From: Zygnema circumcarinatum SAG 698-1b
Taxonomy: Eukaryota > Plantae > Zygnematophyceae
Direction: 5' to 3'
DNA: 64,000 bases
Assembly (NCBI GenBank): GCA_037447605.1
Contig: CM074807.1
Coordinates: 124,001 to 188,000, forward strand
The position numbers were made by a program, and so were the translations under genes. A model generated the notes under the pieces. The model ran no database searches. It was not told where the DNA came from and worked only from the letters and a program-made list of their open reading frames with translations. How positions within the stretch are numbered: position 1 is the first letter of the stretch; each line of letters starts with the position of its first letter. Positions 1 through 25,076 of the stretch are shown piece by piece.

Positions 1-13601
<13,601 letters not shown>

Positions 13602-14270
13602 GTATCTGCGGAATAGAGGAGGCAGAAAAGGCGGTCAAGTCAAGAGATCAAGGTGGAGGTTAAAGGCGCATTTTCTGGCTCCAGCTACACGATGAAGTAT
13701 CAAGAGATGTGCTGCTTGAAAGAAGGGCTACCTGGCTTTGCTGCAGCAGCCCTCCTTCTGCTTTTCCTCATTCCCTCATCCTCTTCCTTCCTGAACCCTC
13801 TCTCCCTCTCCCTCTCGCCCTCCCCCTGCCGCCTTCCTCGCCCGTCAACACCGTCTCTCGCCTTCCCTCCCTATCGTTCCACTTCGCCCCTCTCTCTCTC
13901 TCTTCTCCCTCTTTCCTCTTCCGACTCTCTGACTTCTGATCCTTCTCTGACCTTTCCAGCCGCTCTCTTCCCCTTCTCTCTCCTTCCTCGCCCACTTCCA
14001 CACTTTGTCAAACCTCTCCCCTCCCTCTCTCCCTCTCCCCCTAAGCAGCTGTCACCTTGGAACTCCCCTCAGCCCTTCACGCTGTTCCATGTACTCCTAC
14101 GCCACATTGCCGTCCCAAATGCGCAATTAATTGTTCAACACCGCTGGTTTCTATTTTCTGTTTTCTTAAAGTACGATTTTTAGTTTTGCATTTTTTGGGC
14201 AGATCGAAAAATGCGAATCTTGCCAGCGCTGCATCTGCAGAGATGCCAGCGCGCCGCTGACCGTCTATGA

Positions 14271-14440
14271 GGGCCACGTGGTATCTCCACATTCGCCCAT
14301 TTCTTAATGCCAATTTTTTCTGAGAAAAAGCGATTTCCGGGAGCGCCCTTTCGAACGAAAAAGGGCGGACGCGCCCTCCGAAGGAATTTGGCGGCGAGAC
14401 GGCGGGGCCACGGCGGGGCCACGGCGGGGCCACGTGGCGC
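14271..14440. promoter_or_regulatory. KEA upstream region with two G-boxes (GGGCCACGTGG) and a 3x 11-bp repeat GGCGGGGCCAC
   Basis: CACGTG at 14275-14280 and 14431-14436; GGCGGGGCCAC at 14401, 14412 and 14423; about 0.7-0.8 kb upstream of the KEA ATG. Function is inferred. Confidence 0.45.
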
Positions 14441-14534
14441 TCTGGGCGTCAAGCAAACCAGCGCCGGCGGGCGGGCGAAGGGGAGGGGAGGGGAGGGCCC
14501 AGGATGCGCTAAGGGCACGAGAGAGAACTAGAGC

Positions 14535-14765
14535 GTGAGGCAGAGGGAGAGGGAGAGAGGGAGGGAGATAGTGAGAAAAAGGGAGAGAGGGAGGGAGATA
14601 GTGAGAAAAAGGGAGAGAGGGAGGGAGAAAAAGGGAGAGGGAGTGAGGAAAGGAGAGGAGGGAGAAAGGAAGAGAGGGAGACGAAGGGAGGGAGAAGAAG
14701 GGAGGGAGAGAAAGGAGGGAGGGAGAGAGGAAGGGAGAGAGAGACGGAGAAGTAGGGAGAGAGGA
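14535..14765. repeat. GA-rich low-complexity tract with a ~30-bp tandem duplication
   Basis: gggagagagggagggagatagtgagaaaaa repeated about 2.5 times, then purine-only sequence. Confidence 0.8.
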
Positions 14766-15732
14766 GCAGAAGTGAAGTCTAACTGACTAGAATTACACTT
14801 CTGTTCGATTGACAGGTTGCAATCTTCTATGCATACGGTGTGAGTGTTGTCTGCATCCTGTAGGGTTGTTGTGGCGTCATAGTTGGACAGCGTTCATGGT
14901 AAGCCAGTGCACAGTGTTTGGCGATGCATTGGGACAGATGGAACATGGATGCAAAGCTTGTGAGCACATCCATCACAAGGTCACAAATGGACCACACGGA
15001 AACCGCAGAATGATCACACACAGAGTCAGTGAAACCCCAACTTGACATCGTTACATAGAAACGACTTCGGCTACGAGAGCACCCACATCCAGCACATTAC
15101 GTTACAACAACGACCCTTTCTAGTATTTTATTTGAAACTCTATTGGAAAAAAAAAATTGACGCAAGGGGCCTTCATGTAAATGCTGTCAGCCAAATCAGG
15201 ACGTCGATGACGGTCAGGGATAAAAAACGTAAGTGGTAATGACTTGGCTGATGAAGCCTTATATAAGGCCCATATTGGACTCGCATATGCTTCCGACACC
15301 ATACGGCGCACTCAACAGAGAAACATATAAACCCCATGACCTCAAAAACAAATGCACGATGTAATTCGTGCTGCGGCCTTTAACGCCTAGGCGGCTCGAC
15401 CGCATCCAAGTAGAACGCACCTCTACATGCGCTAATGTACAGTTCCAACACTGTTTAAACATTGTTGTCGCATATAACTATCCTTTGCCCGCCATTGTGG
15501 CAAGCAAGTCCTCAAGTCCTCCTACTACAGGTGTGCGTACGTACATTCGCCCCTGGTCGCAGTTGTCATGATGATGAGCTCCATAATCACGAATTCCGCC
15601 ATAGTCGAAGAAGAGCAGAGCCATAGACTTAAGCTGTACACAGGGGCAGCATGCCCTCAAGTCCGCATAGAGCACTGGCTGAAGACATCCGCTCCAACAA
15701 AGTTTCCTTTTCAATGGATAATTTTCACCTTC

Positions 15733-18700
15733 TCAATTCCACCACCTCTGCTCCGAACCCATCGCGCCGCTTGATCCCGGCATCCCCAACCCTAAGTTCA
15801 TTCCCATCCCTCCCATCACGTCTGCCCTCCCAACGGGCAGACCCACAGTGGATACACCAGATGTGGGAGGCATCCCCATCGATGGGTGTAGCCCGGACCC
15901 CGACATAGCAGCATAGGAAGGTTCCAATTGTAATCCCACAGCCATGGAAGCAGCGCCCCCCCCATCATATAAGTCCCGGTGCTGACCCGAGCCTCCAGGG
16001 GCTCCTTCCAATAGGGCCTGCATAGAGGGTTGCTGCTGGTCTAGGGTTCCTCCCATAGCCTCGTCTGCCTCCATAGATTCAGAACACGCCCCTTGCTGCT
16101 CGCCTGCAGACGTGATACCTTCCATCGGTTCCTGCAAGTGGACACCGAAGCCCCCAACTTCGCGCGTTTAAGGGTTTGTTTGGAGCCAGTCCAAAAACTT
16201 CAAATTCTTCTTCGCAATCCTAAATAAAAAGGATGATTCTCTGCTTCATGCCTATTTAAGAAAGCACTTGGGCACTATTCTTCAAACTTGGACAGTGAGG
16301 AGCACTGCATTGCTCAGCTATAGTCCTTTCAGAGTCAAAGAAGGGCGTCACTCTATTGATGCGATTCGGGTAATTCAGAATTCCTTCTGCGTCTTTTCGT
16401 TTGTGTAGAGTGCATGTGTAGCATATAACTGCAAGCAATGCACAAACTCAATCAAGCGCGCTCCACATCAGGTTAGGAAGCACCCACCGCATCTCCAGAG
16501 TGCGTAGCATCTTGAAGGGCTGCCTCATCTGCAGCCTGCCGAACAGTAGGATTCCCATCATAGACAGACAAAAATAGTCGCTGCATCACAGTTAAACAGT
16601 CGATGCATGCGTACGATCAGTGAAAATATCTTATGCATGCAAAACCAACAAACAGGTTAACAATGGGTGGATTCCTGTTTTCAGATGTCTGCGACTGAGA
16701 AAAAGGTTTCCCTCCACTTATGGAGGATCCAAACGTCCAAAACTGCAACCCTGCAAGTCAGAACTAACTCCGTCATCCTCCTTGTTTTTTTCTGTATTCT
16801 GAGTCGGATACAGACACATACATGTTCCTCAAAGTCGGGGCTGGAAAGATTAATGGACAAATTCCGCATTAGTAGAAGCACCTGCAAACATGCACACGAC
16901 GTAGGGCATACAGATTGAGTCACAATCCATGAATCCGTATAGCAAACAACTGTCCATCTTTTTGGGCAATCTCCGAGAATCTATCAGCCAGCCCCGCAAA
17001 AGATGTCGATGGCAAAAAGAAACAGCTTATCTCCTAAATTAGCTTTGCAGAGCCTTCAAAGTTTAATGCGTTCAGCTGGAGGTCCTATGTTGAACAAGTG
17101 TACAGAAAGATTCACCGTTTCTCTGTCGATCGGTGCCATGTCCTTCAATCGATGCAAATGATTTGAGCTTCCAGGATCAAAAACGCTTCCAATGAACTTG
17201 TAAACCTCCGCAAAATCGGGAGTTGCTGCATTGAGAGAGAAAACATCAACTTCTCCCAGTTCAGTTCAATTACTATCTTCATTTTTTGGTTTCTCGTTTT
17301 CCAGAACTCAAGCTTCCACAGGTTCTTCCTCACAGGCTCGCTCACTTTCCTTCATTGCTGAAGATTTAGAATGCAAAGAGTCACTTCAACTATAAACTTG
17401 GCAGGAATCCTCTCAATAGCCGCATGAGTAGACTTTTACCTCTTACTGTAGCTTCTTGTCTCGTCTCCTGTGCTGACACAATCTGGAAAGATACATCCAT
17501 ATCAGAATGAATACATTCATTAGTAATGATAGCAGACATCCTGACACCCAGAGCAACAAAAAGAAAAATCTGTAACCAACAGCGAAGTACAATAACCATA
17601 TCTTAGATGAACCGATCATTACGCATATCATCCATATTGGAAATAAAACAGCATCTACCAACATTTCGTTCAGAAAATCACAACATATTGAACCTTAAAA
17701 TTCAGTCATTCTGCATTGCCAGACTCTAACAATGGAGACGCGAAAGCTGACCTGTCGTGGCCAATTAGTAGTGCCACTTCCCCTCGCCACCATCCCGTCG
17801 GACAATTTCAACCCAGGGCCTGCACCCCAGCACATCACTTAGGGTGAACAAAGTTCATAGCGAATTACATGAGCTAAAGCCAATAACTTCAGGGTGAACT
17901 GTCATGATGACATTTAACGGAACACTACCCATAAAACCGCCTTCAGTCTATCAAACAGGGAGGTAAGTGACTTGATGTGGAGGTTGGAAGTCCCTCGAAC
18001 CCTTATTGGCAGAAATAACTCACCCTTCAGCGTATAAGACATGCTCCCGGGAGGATGTACGGCATGATGGATCCAACCAGAAACAGGAGGTGCACCAGTC
18101 CCCCCCCCTGATGACGGGACAAAGTTTGTTCTTGGCTGAGGCACCGCAAATCCTTGCTCACTGGGAGGACCTGGAGGCGGCATAGATGCTGAAGGAGACA
18201 GAGCAGAAGGAGACATGCTTGAACCTGGCCCTGCTCGCTCAATCGAAACAACCAGAACCAAACAGCTCGTTATGAGAGGCTTGTATCCTTCCACACGGTA
18301 GTTATCGTCGACAGACGTCACATACATGATCGCCGTCCTTATAAAAGCTACGCAGTGTCAGAAAATATCGTCGAATACGCCCTACACTCTGTCCTTGGCT
18401 AACGGGCAGGCAGAGCCCTAAAGGTTTCAACGGCTTTTCTCTCACCGTTTTTTGAAGCAGCTTTCTGAGGGTACGGCTGCGCAGACTTGCGTTTGGGCCT
18501 TGGGGGTGGGACATGCTCCCCAGTGCCGTTCTTCTGCACCTTCAGAAAATACTTCTGCGCATGGCTACGTATCTGATGGCAATACCACACAATATGTAAG
18601 CCGAGGCAGAATCCACCACTACTAAAAGCAAGAGTACCTCAAAATCGTTCAAAACGCGGTATCCATTCGCTAATGCCGGCAAGGAACAGCCGAGCTATAT

Positions 18701-19910
18701 TATAAAAAAAAAAGAGTTGGACTGCCCAGTTCTTCACTCATTCGTGCTAAACCGCATCGCAGAACTCCGCAGCCGTCCTTCACATATTTCGCATGACCTT
18801 TCCCTCCCCCTGATACTGCAGGTCCTTAGATAAAAACTTGTACTGCAGTTCGAGAGGTGCCCTTGGAACTAGTGAAGAACGCACAAAGTTCTACTTCAGA
18901 TATTGCAATGCAGATTCTTTTCTTCGAATACTTTCATAAAAGGGTAGAAGTGCTCCGCGTTTTCAACCCACAGTATTCAAAATGATTTGCAGCTTCTGGT
19001 AGTATTGAAAGTGTATCCCTGTCATACTAAAGGAGACGATCGCTTATCGCCCACTTTCATTTCCTTCGTTTCCCCTATTTCTCCCACTGTCCTTTCTTTC
19101 CTTACTCTTCTCGCCATTTTCCATACTTTTCCCTGCGCCTCCTAGATTTTCTTGACCCTCTCATAACTCTGAATCTCTCTCCTCTCCGTCCTCAAATCCT
19201 TCTCCTTGACTTCTCTGCCTTTACCAACCGCAACCTCTGAGTTTTCGCCTCTGTCATTCATTCACACTCTCTCACACTTCTCCGTTCTGCCCTCTCCCCA
19301 CTCCACTTCCCTATGTTCAGTGCGGCAAGGAAGTTAGACATAAACGCCCTACGCGCTCCAGAAACGAATAGAGAACCTCCACGAGTGGGGAAAACGAAAC
19401 TAGAAACGTTATGTTTATACTTGCGGATTGAAGCTATCAGCACCACAGCAATCTTCAGAATTTCAGATACCAAATATCTCACCTGAATGACAGTCTTCGA
19501 CCCAACAAAAGCTTCAATCTTCTTCCAATCGCGGTCAAACCTAGCAGCACAAAGAAAACACTAGAGCTCAGCACCTGCGCTCCTGCACCTCCGCCACTAT
19601 CTCCCTAAACAGTAGTGCGCAAAATCTCCGCCAGGAGCAGCGAGCCCTAACTTCTCGCGCTGTCATGAAGCTTCCACTTCTGCAGCGCAGCGATGAGTCC
19701 AATCAACACTCACAATTGCAGCGCTTCCAAAAACTTCTCGTGCTCCTGTTCCGTCCAATTTTCCCGCGATTTCGTTATCGTATACGGCTTTCTGATCTTC
19801 TTGCTGTTGTCATCCTGCTGCGCCTGCGCTGTAGGCAGAGCAGAAGCAGACATCGAGGTAGAAGGAGAAGCAATCCCTATCATGTCTGAACCTCCCAAGC
19901 TCATGTGCAT
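15733..19910 (-). CDS. RVE: REVEILLE (RVE8/LCL clade) single-MYB SHAQKYF circadian transcription factor, ~453 aa
   Basis: 10 phase-consistent exons: 19910-19714, 19540-19483, 18572-18446, 18230-18024, 17819-17752, 17482-17440, 17225-17116, 16881-16822, 16580-16488, 16131-15733. Motifs [79 protein letters not shown] and the LCL domain [16 protein letters not shown]...[28 protein letters not shown]. The start could be 19910 or 19904. Confidence 0.95.
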
Positions 19911-20358
19911 AGTGAGTCCTCCCCCCCCCCTTATCCTCCGTATCGCCAACTCCCGTCTTACTTTCCTTCCACCCACTAACCCGCTCAATAATACCTCTTC
20001 TTTACCCTCCTTTTCCCTTCCCTCTCTACCTCCACGTCCCTCTCCGTGTGTCTCTCCCGCAGTCGTCGACCCCTCCCTCTCCCTTTCTACCCCCCACTCT
20101 CTCTCTCTCCCTCACCTCTCCGGACCCTCGACGAGCAGCGAACCCTAGAACGCAACCTTGCTGCGACGGCGCCCTCTAGACACCAAACCGCCTTCAAAAG
20201 CTAGCCGAGGCTCTTCCGAGCCTGTTCCGAGGCTCTATCGAACCTACACAACGGAACTGAGTGCTTTCCACGCAGTCAGCCGTTGCCGTTTCGTACGACT
20301 CGCATCGGCCAGTTCCGAAATTTTTTCTTCCAGAACTGGATTCGTACAATATTTTTCG

Positions 20359-20428
20359 CCAATCACAGATCAGCACGTGGCAGACAGGAAATCATTTCCT
20401 GCAAGAAGACAGAATGATGTTCCACGTG
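20359..20428. promoter_or_regulatory. CCAAT box and two G-boxes upstream of RVE
   Basis: CCAAT at 20359-20363; CACGTG at 20374-20379 and 20423-20428. G-boxes are typical of light-responsive clock gene promoters; function here is inferred. Confidence 0.4.
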
Positions 20429-20696
20429 GCGTGTCAGCATTGGATATATGTCATGACTCTGATTTTGCGAAGCATATGCGGACGGACGGACCTGCTGAGG
20501 GCTGAATTTGCTGATGGGAGAGGCTGTCCGTACGACAAGACCGTACATTTTCAGCTCGACGACATCATACCGAATCTGCTGGAAGTACAACATTTTACGG
20601 AGCCGTACAAATAGATGACGGCATTTTTGTACGGTCAAGATGTCCGTACATATTTGTCGAGAATCGAGGGTACGGTATCGGTGACCATATTAGAAG

Positions 20697-20815
20697 ATTG
20701 GCTGGCTGGCTGGCTGGCCGGTTAGTCATGGCTGGCTAGTTGCAATATGGACTACAATCGGCTAACTGGCTCGATGGCCGTTTCTATAGTGGTTAGCTGG
20801 CTGGTTAGCTGGTCC
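20697..20815. repeat. Degenerate (GGCT)n / GGTTAGCTGG repeat
   Basis: tggctggctggctggctggcc and ggttagctggctggttagctgg. Confidence 0.6.
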
Positions 20816-20863
20816 ACTGTCAACATTCAAAACCTTGTCCTGATCAATGCCACATCGCTTGGC

Positions 20864-21252
20864 ATGGGATGGAGATGGGGATGGGGATGGGGATGGGGAT
20901 GGGGATGGGGATGGGGAGGGGGATGGGGATGGGGATGGGGATGGGGATGGGGATGGGGATGGGGATGGGGATGGGGATGGGGATGGGGATGGGGATGGGG
21001 GTGGGGATGCGGATGGGGATGGGGATGGGGATGGGGATGGGAGTGGGGATGGGGATGGGGATGGGGATGGGGATGGGGATGGGGATGGGGATGGGGTGGG
21101 GATGGGGATGGGGATGGGGATGGGGATGGGGATGGGGATGGGGATGGGGATGGGGATGGGGATGGGGATGGGGATGGGGATGGGGATGGGGATGGAATGG
21201 GGATGGGATGGGGATGGGATGGCGATGGGGATGGGGATGGGGATGGGATGGG
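20864..21252. repeat. (GGGGAT)n hexanucleotide array, ~65 units
   Basis: Directly visible; lies between the divergent RVE and TOP6B genes and ends ~145 bp before the TOP6B ATG. Confidence 0.98.
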
Positions 21253-21395
21253 TACAAACACGACCTTCGTATCGAGACCTTTATCATGCCTCTGATTCTG
21301 AACCATGCAGTCCGTCAAATTCTGTAGGAAAAAAGAGTGAAGATTTGAAATCATCGTGAGATCAATGCCACTTCCTCCCTTTTGAAAGAGTCAAG

Positions 21396-24300
21396 ATGAT
21401 GGCTGAGGAAGCCGATAAGCTGGCATTGTCTGCAAAGAAGGGCGGCAAAGGGGAGACTTCTCTGAAGCAAAGTCAGTCAGTGCTGTCTTTACATGCTGTT
21501 TCCTTCATCTTCCTTCATCTTCCTTCGTCTCCCTTTTGACTGTTGCAAATTAGAGCTAACCTTCCAGTTTTCGTTCTCCTTAACGCTTCCGAAGGCACGT
21601 TATTCGGATGGTGCCGCTCTAACCTTTTCATTTGTATTGCAGAGTCACCCGCTGAATTTTTTGCCGACAACAAGAACATTGCTGGATTTGATAATGTGAG
21701 GGGCGTCTCCTCTCGTATCTTGAGTGGCTGAAATGGCGCAGAAAGGGTCTATAAGCCTTATCCAGCTTGCGAGGATTATTACTTCGAAATGTATGACGGA
21801 GATGTCAGCTGTCATTTAGAAGTTTCACAAGGGCTTGTTTGGTTTCCTTCATTGAGAACTCCTGCATTGTCATGGAAAAAGACTTTTCAAATTTCTGTAA
21901 AGGCTGTGCGATGTCCTGCAAAGCCCTTGGATTAACAACAGCACATACTTAAATAGTTGTGCATTTCATGCGAGTGATATAAAGCTTGCTATTTTGGTAC
22001 AGCCTGGGAAAAGCCTTTACACTACGGTTCGTGAACTTGTGGAGAATTCGCTGGACTCTGCTGAAGCGATAGCCGAGCTGCCTGAGATAGACGTTACCAT
22101 GTGAGTTCTGACGCCATCTCGGAATATACTTATCTATGTTCAGAGACGGCCTTTCTTTCTCTGAAGGAGGGAGGTGGTTAGTAAGAGTCAGGAACATGAT
22201 CTGCAAGGCTGGAGAGTGTATAGGTCGTCCGGACAATTTTACAAATCTCTCTTTACAGTTCGTTGGTACTCTTTCCTTGTACTCTCCCCTCCCGCTCGAC
22301 GCATCTCTTATATATCTATTTTGGTTTCACGTTAAACATTCCAGCTAAGTACAGGTTTTAGTGTATTGCTTTCCTCCAGATACGCAATGCTCAGATCATG
22401 GTGGGCTGATTCCGATCGTTTGGCGAAAAGGGACTCCTCGCTAATGCGAACAACTATCATTAAACTTCTGTTTTGTGCTATTGCAGAGAAGAGGTTAGTA
22501 GGTCAAACTTCAACACGATGATCGGCCTCGTGGATCGTGAGCGAGTAGACACGGCTTTGTATGATGATTTTGAAACAGATAAACAAAAGGAGGTGCAGAC
22601 AAATTCTCTCCTTTGAATCCATTTTCTGTTTAAAGCAGGAAAGCTTGTTTCCCTTGCTAAGTTGTTTGCATACTGCGCGGCATAGATGGAGGCATAGGTT
22701 CAAGCTTTCGCTTTTTGCCGAAAATCTCAAATCCTCCCGTCCTCCATATACTCTCCTTTCCTCTCTCCTCTCCCCCTCCTCCTCGTCTCTTCCTTGCGAA
22801 GCCCCTCTCTTTCCTTCCTCTCCGTTTCCTCAACACTCTCTCCTTCATGTATGTGCCTTCCTCACTATTTGCAGAAAAGGGTCCTCCGAGAAGCCAAGGA
22901 GCAAGAAAAGCAAGCAAAAGCAATGGCAGCAGGGAAGAAGCTGAAGGAATCTGCACAACCAACTCCAAATCGGGCAATTAAATCTCGCGGCGAGGTTTAC
23001 AAGGTGACTTGCAAGGTAACACTACGATCTTTGACATGTATCCTTACTCTCCCAGAACCCCTGATAGTTTCCTGCCTTTCACGTTCCCTCTCGTCTATTT
23101 CTCGTCCCTCTCGTACTTTCTCGCTCTCTGCTTTTCTTATGTGCTTTATCTCTCCTTTATTCTTTGTCCTCTCTCGCTCTCATCTTGCTTTTCTCCTTTC
23201 TGATGCTTCCCCTTTGTCTTGTAGGATAATGGGAAGGGCATGGCACATGAAGACATTCCCAACATGCTCGGCCGAGGTGAGTTAGCTCGTTCCTTCTTTG
23301 TATTGTGTAAGAGAGAAGCAAAATATTTAGTAAATAGGGCCGTGCAAATGCTCCCGTGTGAAGTGCTTTCCTTCAACCTTCCCTTTTTTGGGCGATACTT
23401 CCTCGCTTTCTTTGTGGTAGTTTACTTGACCAGACAAGTAACTCGGTTTATTCTCCCTGCGGACTGATGCGCAGTGCTTTCTGGAACGAAGTATGGCTTG
23501 AAGCAGACACGGGGCAAGTTTGGCCTTGGAGCAAAAATGGTGAGAGGATCGTCTCTGCACATAATTGGAGAATTCTCTCTCTCTCTCTCCCTCTCTCTCT
23601 CTCTATCTCTCTCTCGTTTCTAATAGTCTCGCCCCTTCCCATTTTCTGTCATTTTATCCCCTCTTGTCCCTCCCGCCTCTTCTCCTCTCCCCCCGCTCTC
23701 CCTCTCCATCTCTCCCGCCCACTCCATTTCCCGCCGCTCGTCTCTCTTCTCTTCTCGTCCTGTCATTCCTTGCCTACTGTCTCCCTCCCCTCTCACTCTT
23801 GTTCCCACCCTTTCTCCCCTCTCTCTCTCTCACCTTCCATCCTCCCTCTGCCCTGCCAGGCTCTCATCTGGTCAAAAATGAGCACCGGTCTTCCCATACA
23901 AGTTTGGAGCGCAATGAAGGGCCAAAATTTCATCAGCTTCTGCAAATTGGACATAAACATTCAAAAGTGAGCCTTTTATCATGGCTACCGCACGAGAGCT
24001 TAGGCTGCAAATCAAACCACAATTCTAACAACAACGGTTAACACAAAGCCATATACCATAACACCGAACAGGTTGAGAATTTGTTGAACGAGTTTACTTA
24101 ATTTCTCAATTCTCAATCTTATTGAATAGGGTTGAACTTTGAACACTCGAGGTCGAAACTTCACAATTTAAGAAAGCGAAAAGTTTTAGAAAAGAAGTTC
24201 AAAGACTCAATTGGTTCGGTCGTACGTGTGGATTCCAGTTTTTGCCATGTTGGTTCCTTGCGATTCGGGGGATACGGTTAACCCGAGCGCCAGTTTTGCC

Positions 24301-25043
24301 GTACGGCTCTTCAGGCGAGCCGATCAACAATTTCTGTACGGACCTCCGGGTCCATGCGCTTTGCGATCCGCTAAAATGTCATTGTTGATCGGTGGACCCA
24401 GGGAAAACTCAAATTAAACCTGAACGATATTGTTTGTTCAATGTTCAATTGGTTCTCCATAAAAATTGTACTGAGATAAGAAATTAGGAATTCATTTCTC
24501 ATTTCTCAAAATGAATCGTGTTCACAAACATAGGGTTTTTTTTTGAGAGACTGGTTCTGAAAGTTTTCTTGTTTTGAGTAGACAAAATCTTTAATTTCCT
24601 TTTTTCTCAACCTGTTCGGTTTTACGGTAACTCGTTTAGTATGTTTCCTTGTATACTTTAGGCATATGCGTGCATTGGGAGGGGAGAGAGAGAGAGGACG
24701 AGAGAGCGAGAGCTGTTAAGAAACGATCCTCCATGCTGCTGCAGAAATGTTCCAAATATCTTTTCACATGACAAACTTCCCAACCCTGAGAAGTGGCATG
24801 GAGCAAAGTTGGAGGTTACCATTGAAGGAAACTGGACAAGCTACAGAGTAAGGCCCGGTTTGATCAAGAAAGGGAAATGTGTGGACCGGTCAATGCCGCA
24901 ATTTTCCGTGTTTGTAACCAATCTGTTTCAGTTCGTGTGTTGCTGAAGAGGCCCGAAAAAATATGCCAAGATAAGTTAGGTTATCTCTAGCACCTGAGAA
25001 AATCATGTCTATACTCCTCTCTCCCTCTCTCTCTCTCGCTCTC

Positions 25044-25076
<33 letters not shown>

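Noticed and set aside
20747-21359. Poly-GW, poly-GD/MG, poly-PH/PS/IP ORFs
   Set aside because: All six frames are open only because of the stop-free (GGGGAT)n array; there is no splice or homology support.
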